Assembly (NCBI GenBank): GCA_043228905.1
Contig: JBHGNT010000004.1
Coordinates: 21,266,001 to 21,330,000 of the forward strand
Origin: Azolla caroliniana
Taxonomy: Eukaryota; Plantae; Polypodiophyta
DNA: 64,000 nt
Reading direction: 5' to 3'
Shown one piece after another: positions 26,553-44,775 of this stretch. Within the stretch, counting starts at the first letter, position 1. Each line of letters starts with the position of its first letter. The notes under the pieces were generated by a model. The model did no database searches, was not told the origin of the DNA, and saw nothing but the letters and a program-made list of their open reading frames with translations. A program made the position numbers and the translations under genes.

Positions 26553-27462
26553 TATGGTATTGGATTCTCTAGGATCTGAACAAGAAATAATATGGAATGT
26601 GATATTTCACAACTCAGCATTTGTTTTGACAAATGCACATCCTATAATATTGATATTTATGATGCATGCTTTTGCTCTCTAAGGGGAGAATGTTAAATTT
26701 GTAATAAGAACCCAGAGCATTTCCTAGTGTATTTTTGGATTAACCATGAGATGATTGGTGTTTCTTTAATGCCAAAAAATCACAAGGATTGTTTTGTTTA
26801 CACAATAAGCTCATATTATTTTGGTCAAATTGTCAAATGCTATAGCCTATATTGTAGCCCGTTACCGAAGAATGAGACATAGATAATATCTTAACAAGCT
26901 GTTGGATATCGTATTGTATAGATGGATGGGATATCTTTGACACAAATACCTTTTTTAAAAAAGCTGAGAAAGTGAAGATACTTTATTTTTAAAGAGGTGG
27001 CATTTAAAATGAGATATGTTGCACAAAATATGATAGTGATTATGTATGCATTTTAGTGTATATGGGCAATCATGATAAATACTATAAGAGTAGCTTGATT
27101 GACATCATGAACAAGGAACGTTTTTGTTATTTGAGCACTAAGCCATATAGCCAAGCTGAGGCTCTCTAACATTGAAAAAATCTATCCCTACAAGCAAAGG
27201 TGTCTCAAAAGTATACTTGCTTGACAATAACTTGGGGGAAAATGCAATCATGGTCATTTCATGTATGGCCTAGAGTGGTGCTTCATTGGATTTAGAAGAG
27301 ATTATAGGCGGCGTTGCAACCTCTTTAGTTCATGTTGTAGAGGAAGAAGTATAAGAGGGGGGTTGCATGGGATTGTTTGGCTACTCTAAAACGAGTAGGT
27401 GGTGGTGGTGGTGTTTTGAACTTGAATACGCATTTTATATGTAGACAAATTTTGTTATTGAG

Positions 27463-27946
27463 TGTAACGGGCATGACCATATAATATCCCATGGTAAGTT
27501 TTACCATAGTATTCTATACACGTCGATAAAGTGTGAGGGTTAAACGAGAGTGTAAAGAAGGGGAGGATTACTTTTAATCCTCGGAATTGAGACAATCCAT
27601 TAGGCCAAGTGTGAACTTGCTTGGGGCCCTTGGGTCTGGCTATAAATATGGGGCCTAACTACCCGTCGAGTCGTACTTGGTGTTGGTGTGCACACTACAA
27701 GAGGTGACCCACCACAAGAACGGAGTCTCGACGTAGTCAAGCCATGATGAAATGAGGGTAGCTAGGCCTCATATTTATAGCCAAACCCAAGGCCCCCAAG
27801 AAGTTCACACTTGGCCTAATGGGTTATCTCAATAAAAGTAATCCCCCCCTTCTTTACACTCTCATTTAACCCTCACACTTTATCCACGTGTATAGAATAC
27901 TACGGTAAAACTTACCACGAGATATTATATGGTCATGCCCGTAACA
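27463..27946. mobile_element. 484-bp fold-back element, TG..CA ends, 5-bp TSD TTGAG
   Basis: Arms at about 27463-27666 and 27755-27946 are inverted repeats. TTGAG at 27458-27462 and 27947-27951. Empty site in the paralogous segment at about 5275-5290. Confidence 0.9.
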
Positions 27947-28129
27947 TTGAGAGTTGTGCGATGACATGATCAACCATGGGTTTGTATGATGCTACAATAT
28001 TTTATAGAGATTGTTGAATTGGTGAATTGAAGACCAAGTATTCAAGAGTCATGGTTGTAATTGGCTAATGGAAGCATTCAAATTTAAATTCGACATTCTA
28101 CATGTGCTCTACAATCGATAAAATCTTGG

Positions 28130-29050
28130 CAAGGAGTTTTGTTATATTTGAATGGGAACCATTATATAGTCGAACAACGATATAATTCATCATAGAAAGA
28201 ACTTACTTGTTTTGTCTAAATTTTTATATACTAAAAAGGAAAAGAGGAATTGATGTCTTGATTCAATCGTTTGTTTCGATTAGGGATGATAGACCTGATT
28301 GCTATGGATGATGTTGAACCTCAAAGGTTGTTAGAAATTTGAAGATGCCAAAAGTATGTCATGTGTTCCCCTTTTATTTGCGAAAAGTTGTAGAGCACAA
28401 CTTTATTGCATGGATCTTTATCAATGCCAGCAAATAATACTCCTTGGGTTTATTGATGTTTGAACAACTATAGGTCATAACATTGCATGGTTTCGTCGTA
28501 TAGGCTCTTAGATAAAGGAAAGAGGAAGTGGAATGTATCTTAGTTAGATTCAGGCGGTGGAAAATGTTAACATGTAGTTGGCATTCCCAATTACCTATTC
28601 GTGCAAGGGTATTTATTTGGAGAGTGATGACTAGTGGCCAATCATTTGGTTTGATTTTAAACGCAAGAGAGATTTGAGATGTGGCACATGTAACCTTTTG
28701 CACCATTCCATTAGAAGGGAGTACACATAGGTTTATACAATGCCCTATCGCTCATTCCATTTGGAAGTATTGTTCGGAGATTTGGTAAGTTCTAACCCTT
28801 TGTTCTTTGGGCCTTTCTCGAAGTGGCTTTACGCAACATGTTCAAAATGGTCCAAATAATGAGATGGAGATTATACTTTGATTCATATGTTTTGTTGGTT
28901 ACTGCATAATTGGAGTATATGTATATTGTTATGTTTGAGGGACAAATATCGGAAATAGAGAGTGGGGTTAACCGGTTTTCGTAATGCTGGATGTTTTTTT
29001 TGGCATGCAGTCAATGTATAAGTAATTAAATTGTATCTGCTCTATCAATA
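28130..29050 (+). mobile_element. LINE-1 ORF2 C-terminal remnant (zf-RVT)
   Basis: W.SQLPIRARVFIWRV and E.STHRFIQCPIA.SIW in + frames, frameshifted. Boundaries approximate. Confidence 0.7.
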
Positions 29051-29290
29051 TATGGAAGTAACATGCTTTACTGGAAAGAGAAGAGAGAGATGAGTAGGGG
29101 CATTTGGGGAAATAAGGAAAATTCCTTGCGAAAATGGTGGGGTGGGCATCCCGTGAATTAACAGAAAACTTGCAGGTTTTGTATTTTGGCCTTTTTCTCT
29201 GTGCTGCTGCCGTGTGATTGAGAGACAAATTTCATCTGTAGTTTCTTGCTTGTGAAAGGAGGAGGAGGAGGAGGAGAAGAGACAGGTAAG

Positions 29291-32200
29291 ATGGAAGGAT
29301 TATTGTTGGAGATCATGCGATTCAAGCAGGAGTTGGATGCGGTATGTATTACCACTCATTTCTTCTTCTTCTTCTTCTCCTTGGTAGTATTGGTGTTGCT
29401 GAGAGATGATAAAGCGGAATAAATTGTAACATTACGCTCTGCAGAGAACTTGAGGCAGAGATAAGAAGAAAGTAAGAAAACATGGTGGCTTATTGCTACG
29501 GTATATTCCAGTAGAATAAAATTTATATATAAGAATATTCCTTTGTGACCATTAGTGAATACAAGAAATGGATAAAATGCTAATATTTCTTGATGACATT
29601 CTGCTGTTTTGATCCACATAGTAGTACAGTTTTAGAAAAAAATTATATTTTAACTAGTTCTAGGAATTTCGTATACCATCACCTTTTTTTCTTCTCTTTC
29701 TCAAAATGGCTATGGATAGCCAGTCTGTGATTCTTGATGCAGTAGGAAAAATGCAGATGTTTTTGCAAATGTCTCATAGATTCTGCATGGGTATCTAATG
29801 ATTTTGCACATGTAGATTGATGAAGAGATTTATGCACATCTACAAACAACAAACCATTTAGACGCACAAATATTGAAGAATTTGGATAGTTTGAAAAATA
29901 TCACTGAAGAGGAAACAAATTGCGAAAGAGCTACAATAATACAGGAGAACCAGCTTCAACGTATTCTAATTTTAACAGGTTTCTTATCTTCTATTTGATT
30001 TAGTCACTGGAAATCTCTGTGGTGATGTTAATGTCAATCGTATAAGCATTTCTCTGATTATGATTTGAAACAATGTACAAAGTATTGATCAAAATTATAA
30101 TGCCACTCAAATGGAGAACCCCTACTAGTCAGTGGTAGCTTGTAGGCTCTCCAAATGATATCTGACGTAATGGCCATAAGATATTCCACTTTTTTATTGG
30201 GGATCTGAAATGTTTACAGTGTGTGGGAATTTTAATGTTGAATGAGATACAATCTTTGTCACTTCCATGACATGGATATCAACTTTTCCATCCATGTAAT
30301 TATGCCATATATGTCTCTGATAACTAGAGAAATTTCTTGTGAACATAAGTTTTTCCTCGAATCCTGTTCTACTGGTTATTTACAGCCCTCACTTCTAAAT
30401 ATGAATTAATATCTACCTTTACACTCATGGGCTTAAAGTCCAGACACATTTTACCTTGTTATAAAAAAACAAGTGAATTATATTTGTATTGAATATGTAT
30501 TCCAAATGGAAATTTATTATTAACCTCGAAGACTTGAGCAGGCATGTGAATAAATTGGGCCATTATGAATAATCCCCTCTTGAGAAACTATAGGGAAATC
30601 TCAACATCATATGCTGTTACATTAGTCTCCAGATTTCATGATAAGAATTATGGAGGAGAAGATCAGGTGTTAATAATGAGCATTGAACAAGAAAATTGAG
30701 ATATCATCATTTTCTTTTTGATTTTAATGGGCATAATCTGTTTAAGAAGAATATCAAAACAGAAATATATTTTGTTTTCACATTGGAGTAATGTTATGAC
30801 CAATGGCCACACGTTCTATATACTACAGATAGATCACATGAATATCTTTGCCACGAGAAGAGAAACCTACAGAATATAGAGGAGGCACTCAGACATGCCA
30901 CTTCAGAGATAAGAGACGGGAGGTAAATATTATGAAGCTACTTTCATGAAAATATGGATCACTGTAGTTTTGGGACAGATTTTTATGGAGTATTTCAACT
31001 GCAGTCTAACCATCTTGCTTATTTTGGGGGTACTATGCTATAGGGTTAATTAATCATGGTCACTGAGTGTCTAATATGTACAGATTTCCTTTATAAGAAC
31101 TATCATCAACTTTTTGGAGCCATAATACTTCTTTCTCTGAAGCATACAGCCGGAAACAAATGTTTCCCACCATCACCAAATGCATCAAACTGATAGAACG
31201 CCGATCTTGATGGTGGTACTATTTTATTAGCTTAGGGATTACATCTCAAGATGTTATCATAATGTTGGTGACATAAACAAGTGTAGAATCTGAAAAGCAG
31301 AGCAGCAGAAGTAAGCACGAATAGAACAGTTCAAATCAAGAAAAGAAGGCCGCTAACTCGCATTTGAGAAAATGTCCTCGGGTTACTGAACAGTGGGTAA
31401 TACAGAATTGCAAAACACTGAGCATTAGTAGAAGAAAATATCATGGAAGGTCAGCATGAAAGCGAAAAATATGAAGGAAATGAAAATCAGAGTATCTTCG
31501 GCCAATTCTACAAGCATACCACAAAGAATTAGGACTTGTATCTATTCATGAAACCTTAACTCAGGATATCTGATAGATAGATCAAGCCTAAAATATTGGC
31601 GAAAACAGAAGTAGGTTTCTCTACATTTTCAAATGAACATGAGCTTGATAATGAGGCCATTTCCTGTAGATTTTTTGACGCATTGTCAGCAATTCATATC
31701 TCTGTGCAGTTTATAGTGTATGCATGTCTCACAATTTTCTATTTTTGAATACACAATGAACTGTAAGAATCTGTCTTGGGTTTCAATTATGCATGATTTG
31801 TAGTTGTCATTACAGTGTTTTCTAGTATCCAATAGGATTAGGCATGCTCGAACTTCTATTTAGTTGTAACTTGCTTTCAGGATTCTGAACTGAAAGATCT
31901 TTGTTTTAATACTGTTGAATAATAAGTAACATCTCATGCAGGGAACACTTCATATCTAACTGCAAGCTATTCCAGAAGCATGTAGAAAATGTTTCTGAGG
32001 AAAGGAAAAAAATGCTTCTTGCGAAGGACAACATCCTCAAAAAGATACTGCACTTAACTGGTGATGTGGATTCTATGGAGGCATCACATACACCCATTCT
32101 GCGAGTAAAAAGAACATATAATGAAAAGCTTATTTATGAGAACAAAGGTATTTTTTTTTCTGGAATTTCCCAGCTGTCAGTGCATCTACATAATCAAATA

Positions 32201-32925
32201 TAGCGGTAAATGTTGTGATTTTTTCTGCAACAAATCACGTCATAAGAAAAGGCAGTTTGAAATTGAAAGAAAAAGGTTTTTAATATGTTGTCCAAGGTCA
32301 TTTGTGTAATTTGTGAAATCTGTGTGATCATTTCTTTTACTTCAATATGAACTTCTTTTCTCTTTTCATGACCAAAAATTTCTTCTGTTTTCTCTCATGT
32401 ATATGGTTTCTTTGTTGAAATTGTACCAGGCCTTCAGGAGCTTGTACAGGAATGTGAAAAACATATGCTTGAAATTGAGTGCCGGGTGAACACATTTAAG
32501 GATATTCAAACTCTAAATAACCAATTATTAGGGTAATTCGTTGTTTTTCTTATTAATTTTTGTTTAATTTTTTCCTAAATAACAACGTAGCGATCAAATC
32601 AAATCAAATCAAAATAATTTACAATAACCTAACTGGCTTCATGTTGAAAACTCCAATGTGAAGTGCATCAAGAATGTCTTCCATGCCCCCATGATTACAT
32701 AGAATGTGTTGTGTGAAAAAAATCATTCGGAATCAATGAAAGTTTGCAAAGGCCTTAAATTTCTTTTCAAGGGAAATGAAGAACCACAAGGCACTTGAGT
32801 ATTGCTGATTATCCGTCATGCAAATTTTCGAATGCAGAGAAATTCAAGACAATGAAGAAGCAATTAGGCAACTCAAAGATCTGGTTGTGGGCCTAGAACT
32901 CCAGCTTTCCCATCTAACAGGCTGA
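29291..32925 (+). CDS. Multi-exon coiled-coil protein, about 234 aa, function unknown
   Basis: Manual model: exons 29291-29341, 29816-29978, 30829-30922, 31942-32147, 32430-32532, 32838-32925 (705 nt). All GT-AG with compatible phases 0,1,2,1,2. Continuous helical E/K/L/Q/I-rich sequence MEGLLLEIMRFKQELDAIDEEIY...REHFISNCKLFQKHVE...EIQDNEEAIRQLKDLV. Confidence 0.7.
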
Positions 32926-33130
32926 TGGATATAATTCATGTATCTGGTTGGAAGGAGCATAAGAAGGTGAGATCCCAATTGCGGGCATCCAAAAAGAAAT
33001 CTGAACTTGTGAATCGGAAGTTATATAATAAAGAGGTGTGAAAGTTGGACCTTGAACCCAAGGCCTTATGTTCGTAGTCTAATAGCTTACTGTTAGGATA
33101 ACAAGAAAAAATAACAAATACTGCTAACTG

Positions 33131-33254
33131 TTTGGACATTTACTAGAACACCCCTCAGTTCGTTGAAGTTATTACTAGAATACCCATTGTGTTCTACATT
33201 AGGGGTATTTGGGTTTTAAAAAAGATACAGGGTTATTCTGGTAAACGGCCAAAA
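33131..33254. mobile_element. Small MITE-like inverted repeat
   Basis: tttggacatttactagaacaccc versus the reverse complement of gggttattctggtaaacggccaaa. No clear TSD. Confidence 0.45.
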
Positions 33255-34129
33255 AGTTGGAGGTATTTTTCCCTACACATTTTTTAAACCATCTTTAGAT
33301 TGGGGCACAACAGTGTCATTGGAAACTTATGATCTTTCTTGTTCCATGTAGAGATAGAATGAAATAACAAAAATGCATGAAGGCGGTTGATATGGTTGAG
33401 AATTTTTTTTTGCAATAGATAATTGGGAAGATGAAACCATTATCTAGCCAAGGGTGGTTCAAGATTCAGAAAGTTGTGGATTGTGTTTGCCTCAACCGAT
33501 TCACTTAATTTCCCCTTCCTGCAAACACTATTCCTAGACGAATCTACGACACCATGAGCATATCCATAAATTTGCTTCGCTGTAGTTTGTTTACAATGTT
33601 GCATCTTAAACCCTATGACATCAGATCTTGAACTGAATTCCTATTACCAATTATATGGTCAATGTTATATCCTAAGACTTCTAATTCAAGAATTTATTGT
33701 ATCTTATTGAGATCAAGTTCTTCTAATGTCTAAGCAAAGCCTATCCTAATGTTTTTATAACCAATTCATCCTTGTGTCTGTCCCTTTAAATAAACATGCC
33801 AAGAGTGTTGTAATGTTGATGAGAATTTGTGTAACTAAATCACTGTAACCATTAAACATCTTACCAGATTTGTGGAGAAGACTTGTATTGCAGATACATA
33901 CATGCAAAATGTAAAAACTGTAAGCCTACACAAAGTACCTACACCTCACATCATCAAAGCCAATCTAAGAGCCACCTACTTCTATAATACACATAATATT
34001 TACAATCAAGTAGAAATCTCAATAGTTCTCTTGAATACATCACCCAACTAGCTATCTTTCTCTTATCTTTGTGTACACAAATGATCATAACAAAGAAAAT
34101 TTGTTGCAATTGTTTTCACTTATGTCAAT

Positions 34130-38882
<4,753 letters not shown>

Positions 38883-39934
38883 ATCTCGTCTTCTTGCTCT
38901 CTCTCTCGTTCGCGGGCTGCTGCCCCCCCCTCCTTTCACTGTTCAGATTACATATGTGCAGCGCGGATTTGAACTATAAAAGAAGAAGGCCTTTAGTCTT
39001 CCAATATTATAGAAGTAGGCCCCACCCTACCCCTGGGCCCCACCCCCACCCAAGAGAACCATCACGATTCACCACATTTTTTTACTCTTCATTTTATTAC
39101 ATCTTAATGAACCCTAGAAATGCTCGCGTCCGTCCCAAAGTATATAAACTCTTTGCCCGATCCATCCTACGGAAGCTTCCCACTCAAATCAATATATGTC
39201 ACTTCATACTACTACACATACGTCTTTACATACTAGTAGCTTTTCTTCTTCTTTGTCATTTGCTTCCGTTGCCTTTGTAGATCCGATTAATGGGCTTTGT
39301 GTGTGTCAAGTTGGTATTACCACTTTTTGGGAGTACATGGCGTCAAACTCATAGAACATGGCATGGACGCCCCTTGTGATTTTCGATGGAAGCATTCTTT
39401 GTCATTACTTTCGAAAGCTATGAATGTGAGCATTATGTCCAAACCTTAGGAATTGTCTCTCTCGAGGCTAATATATAATCATCTCAAAGGGAGGGTATCT
39501 ATATTAAGGAAGTAATTATCAGCAACTTCAGGTTTGTGAGCCTCTTTGGTCTTTGGACACTTTCATCGGCTCCTTTTCTATAATTCATGGTATTTTTGTT
39601 CCAAGAATGATAGTAGATATACATGTCTCAAACTTTAAGAAATCTCGCAGTCTTTCTCTCTCCCTCAGCCCTCAAACCTAACTATTGTAATCTAAAGGAT
39701 CTTGAGCTTAAGAGAATATTGCTCAAATATTGGGTTTTTATCCACATTGTTTATATAGGTAGGTGAAGGACAGTTGAATGAGTGAATGAATGGAGTAGAA
39801 TTGATCATGCAAGTAGAGAATGCTTCCCACTTCAAGATTGTGAATTGTGCTCACTTACCTCAAAATGATTATGAAGTGCTATGTATTTGTAAATGATGCA
39901 TGACAAGCAAAAATTCACCCAGAAATTTATGTTT

Positions 39935-40380
39935 TCAAACAACGTGAAATGAAGACTATTTATACTTTGTGTAATTCAAGGTTAGTTATCTTTAGTTTTA
40001 CAAGAACTTAGGACGGATATAATATAGACAAATGTATATGAGGTAGGCCCAAAAAAGCATACCACCCATGGGTTCATGACTTGGTGGCCAAACGTACGCA
40101 TATATGTAGTTTTTTATGGTCTACGCCCTTGATGGCATGGGGTATCATACATTAGAAAATTGGTATGCGCATAAAATTCTTCACTTAACCACCTTGATTC
40201 TATGCATCTATATTTAATGCACAAGCTTCACTTAACAAACTTTCATTTATAATTGGTCCCACGGGCTTCATAGAAATGTCTTATATGCCTATATTTATTT
40301 TAAGAAGTTTTTATTTCCAATGTCCCTACAATTGTACCACTCATGGATGGTTAAAAAACCAGATTAACAAAACATTTGGT
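39935..40380. repeat. Dispersed ~480-bp repeat, copy B
   Basis: See 21950-22440. Confidence 0.8.
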
Positions 40381-40807
40381 CCAATTTGAGGTTGAGGAGA
40401 AAGAAAGAAAGATGTATTGACATCTTTTAAGAGGCCAAAATGGAGCTAATCAATTCTTGATGCTTAAGGGTTATCATTGTGGGCAAATTCCAATATTTGG
40501 AATAGGGAGAAAATGAATTTATGTTGTTCTAGTTTGCCCTCTCCATGGTCATTGAGGTTGATCATGGTCACCAATTTTTCTAGCATTTCTTAGTGGTCAT
40601 GTTTTGGGATTTAGGCCAGCATGATCATTTGGAAATACATAATAAAATTGAATTAAAATGGCAATGGAGATAGTATAGGAAACATGGGTTACAACATAAA
40701 TAGAGATATGAAATAAGGTTAGGTTCAAGGAAACGATAAGCTTTTTGAGAGACAACAAGAAATAAATAAGAAATAATGCTTTTTTATTCTCAATGGTCTT
40801 GTAATAT

Positions 40808-43800
40808 TGTGAAATGCACATAAATGGAATCCAAAATCAGCTTGCTTAGCTTCTTACTTCCTATTCAATTTATAGTCGTACAAAGGTACCCATTTGGGTT
40901 AGCTCTACTTAGCTACATGCGTCCTAACAAGGGTATGCTAAAAGGGGCACAAAGGAACACATGCACACCCAACATGAAGGCATGCACTTGCATCCAAGGG
41001 ACACCACATTTCCCCCCTCAGAGAAACAAGGATTTTTACGACATAGGGAAAGGACGAGCGCTAGAAGATGGGCTTGGGGTAGCATAGGGCTTGATGCGGC
41101 CAACATGGGCGGAGGTGAAACGACCATTGGAATCGCGTCGGAGCAAGTAAGTCATGGATTTGATCGCCGCCGGACTGGGAAGTAAACAAGGACTTTGGTT
41201 CCATCATCATAAGTCGAGGTAATTCGACCCACGTTGTAGTGTCGCTTTTGGCGTTGTTGTGCGACTTGTAGGTTTCGAGAGCTTGCTTGTTGAAGGAGAG
41301 GTAGCAGTTGTTGGAGATAGAGCCCCCAAGTGACACCATCCATGTTGGTAGGTTTGGAATGGACGTCAATGGACGATTCTGGTGGGAGCCGAGGGTCACG
41401 CCCATAGAGTGCTGGGAAAGGGCTGATTCGTGTTGACGCTTGAACGGATGTATTGTAGGCGTGGGTGACGAAAGGCAAGATTTGATCCCAGGTTTTGTGG
41501 CCTAGATCGATGTAAGCGGCAAACTTCTGCTTGAGGGTCTTGTTGAGGCGTTCGGTGAGGCTGTTTGTTTGCGGATGGTACGGGGATGTAAACACCTGCT
41601 GGACACCTAGTTGAGTTGCAACCGCATTGAGGACGTCCCCATGGAACTGGTGGCCCTGATCAGATAAGAGTTGGACAGGGCAACCATGTTGAAAATTACC
41701 TTGTGCAAAAGTTGGGATGCGATTGTTGGCGCAGTGACGTCAGGGATGGCAATAGTTTCAGCCCATCTAGTGAGGTATTCTGTTATGACCAGGATATACT
41801 TGTTGCCACTGGGGGGTTTCGGGAAAAGGTCCCATGAAATCCCATCCGACGAGCTCGAAAGGCGATGTGACGGTGATGGGTTGGAGTGTTCCGGCGGGCC
41901 TGCTCGCGGGTTTGATGTGTTGACACAAAGCACATTGGTTGATGTAGGTAGAGACAGAGTGTCGCATGTTGGGCCAGTAATACTTGAGACGTAATTTTTC
42001 AAGAACCTTGTGGAAACCCAGATGACCCGACAATGGGTGGTCGTGATAAAATTGGAGATACGTCTGTTGTAGGGTATGAGGGATGTAGAGACGTGGCTCG
42101 TGATGCGCCTGAATGAAGAACACCAACTTATCGCGGAGCATGAACTGTCGTTGTGAGGGAAATGGTTGGAGGGAGCGCAACTGATGGGTTATCTCTCGGA
42201 TGGCGGGGTCGTGTTGCTGAAGTGTAGCGAGTTGTGGTAGTGGCAGTGGAAGGTCAGACGTCGCGGGTAGAAATTGGACAGCTTGGAAATCGGCGCGAGA
42301 GAGACTATCAGCGACCAAATTGGTTACACCTTTTCGATAGGAGAGGGTAAACTGATAATCTTGAAGTGCCAATGTCCATCACAACAAGCGGCCCAGGGGG
42401 TGACGTCGATGAATCAGAGAAAGTAAGGGTTGGTGGTCAGTCTCAACCGTAACCTGCCCGCCATGAAGGTATGGGTGAAGACGTTGGAAAGACCAGACGA
42501 TCGCAAGTAGTTCCTTCTCAATGGTTGAGTAGTTCCGTTCAGCCGGCGTGAGAGTTCGGCTAATGAAGGCGACCGCCTTCTCTTGCCCGTGGCAATCGGT
42601 TTGCAGGAGGACGGCTCCTAACCCATGGTTAGAGGCATTTGTCTACAACGTTGACGGCTGGTCAAAGTTAGGATGGGCGAGCAACCCTGATTCTTGGACC
42701 ATTGTTTTGAGGCGACGAAAGCTGTCTTCGCAAGCAGGATCCCAAACGAATGACACACCTTTCTTTAGGAGATGACGGAGGGGGAAAGTGACCAAGGCGA
42801 GGTTCGGGATGAAGCGAAGGGAAAAGGTGATCATGCCCAAAAAACGTTGCAATGTTTTTATTGAGGTGGGGCGGGGGTAGTCGACGATGGCAGCTACCTT
42901 TGCAGGGTCCATACGAATTCCATCGCCAGAGATGATGAAGCCGAGAAAACGGAGGCCGGTGCGTCCCCATCGACACTTCTTCCATTGGAGTTGCAAGTTA
43001 TGCTTAGTTATGCAAGCGAGGACTTCAGCGAGAGTTTGTAGATAATCCTCCCAAGTGGTCATGTGGATAAGGATGCCGTCGAGATAAACAAGGAGGACGC
43101 CTTTATTGATAAGGTCGGCAAAGATGGAGTTTGCCATGCGTTGGAATGTGTTGCCGACGTCAGACAAGCCAAACGGTTTGTGAGCATCAAAATCAATCAT
43201 AGCGCGACGCTTGAGGAGCTAATCACAACCTAAGGTGAGGGGGAAGAGTTGGTGGGGCAAGACATAAAAGTGGTGTGAGAATGTGAGAGTGCCTAAGGTA
43301 ACGGTGCAATGGGCTTGCGTGTGAGAGTGGTATAGATGTTGGTGATTGCCAAAAAGAACTTGGATGGAAGGAGCGGTGGTTGTGGGGAGGCCTAATTGGT
43401 GAACTAAGGCGGTGCTAATTGAAGAGATACTACTACCAGAGTCTAATAGGATGGTGTGTGTGGAGTGATTAATGGTGGCGAGAGCAGTGCATACCTGTGA
43501 ACTAGAAGAGGCAGACGCTTGCACGTGGGGGACTGGCTCTTCCATCAATACCCCGGAAGTTAGTTTCTCGGAAGCTCAACCAACAATGCGGCGTCAGCCA
43601 TGGTTATCTGGGCTTGCTGCTTGTGAGATTGTTGCTGCAATTTCCGGCAATAACGTCGAACGTGTCCATAATTGTGGTAGTAGAAACACTTCGGGCGTCC
43701 TTGGGCATCACGATTAGGAAGGTTTCGGCAAGTCTGCATCGGCACGTTTTGGACGTCAATGTCCATGGGGGTCGCTCCTTGGATTGCACGTGCAAGTCGG

Positions 43801-44775
43801 TCGATGGTGGAGGGGGCCATCTTGGTTGGGAATCAGATAATGTACAAGCTTCGATGCGTTGGGCAATGAGGATCACATCGTTGAAGGTCCTGGGACCTTG
43901 GTCCTGGGCACGACGAGTGATGTCAGGGTGCAGACGGGGCCATAAGAAGAAAAGCTTGACATGCTCGGGCATGGTTGGATCGGCCCGGACGAGGAGCTGA
44001 TTTAGGCGAACACCAAATTGGCCTACTGGTTCGTGCACTTGTTGTTGTAGCGTCTCGAGTTGTTGCAATGCCGTCTGGGCCGAATTTTGATGGGCGAAGT
44101 TTTGCACGAGGAGATACCGGAGGATCACCCAGTTCTCCGTCACTTCGTTGGCTTGTTGTACGTACCAAGTGGCAACAACATTTTCGAGCAAGGTGCGAAC
44201 TTCCAAAGCCTTGCGCTCGTCAGACCATTTGTGGTAACTTGAGATCATCTCAAAGTGATCCAACCATGCTAAGACGTCCTCAGAGGGCAAGCCGGAGAAG
44301 GACTTTGGGCGAACCTTGGAATCAGGCCGATCTGGAGACCGATCGTTGGTAGTGGAGAGGAAGGAGAGCATAGCTTTGTTCGTGTGGCTGATTTGAAGCA
44401 TGGCATTGGAGAGGATTTGCAGGAGTTGCTCCATTTGGAAGGGGGGTGGCCGCTCGGAGGTTGTAGGAACTCAGCTTGCATAGGGGTATCGACTTCGACG
44501 GCGACGGGAGGGAATTGGGACGCCATGAACGAGGTGATAGTGGCTAAAATTTTACCCCGCTTCTCCACCAATTATGTGAAATGCACATAAATGGAATCCA
44601 AAATCAGCTTGCTTAGCTTCTTACTTCCTATTCAATTTATAGTCATACAAAGGTACCCATTTCGGTTGGCTCTACTTAGCTACATGCGTCCTAACAAGGG
44701 TATGCTAAAAGGGGCACAAAGGAACACATGCACACCCAACATGAAGGCATGCACTTGCATCCAAGGGACACCACA
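40808..44775 (-). mobile_element. Compact non-chromoviral Ty3/gypsy LTR retrotransposon, internally deleted
   Basis: 201-bp LTRs at 40808-41008 and 44575-44775 (3 differences), TG..CA, 4-bp TSD ATAT. PBS TGGTGGAGAAGCGGGG; PPT next to 41009. gag with knuckle, protease LLDSG, partial RT, RNase H and integrase HHCC/DDE, with frameshifts. Confidence 0.93.

Noticed and set aside
27660-27760. Self-priming origin for the centre of the fold-back element
   Set aside because: The central sequence is better explained as continued imperfect pairing of the two arms with a deletion; it is not complementary to the right arm's presumed transcript start.
29445-29471. Candidate 27-nt exon (ELEAEIRR) in the coiled-coil gene
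   Set aside because: Open only in phase 2, while the flanking exons join in phase 0; inclusion gives an immediate stop.
31084-31615. A-rich coding-looking stretch in intron 3 of the coiled-coil gene
   Set aside because: Stops interrupt the frames I tried and I found no convincing exon. Possibly decayed coding DNA, but not supportable.
38883-38939. Upstream start MKGGGG for the peroxidase
   Set aside because: The ORF-track start at 38939 is GTG, not ATG. ATG 38882 gives a signal peptide and a normal 332-aa length; the extension is AG-repeat 5' UTR.
40824-41087. Duplicated MESKISLL ORFs (also 44591-44824)
   Set aside because: Antisense readings of the two LTRs of the same element.
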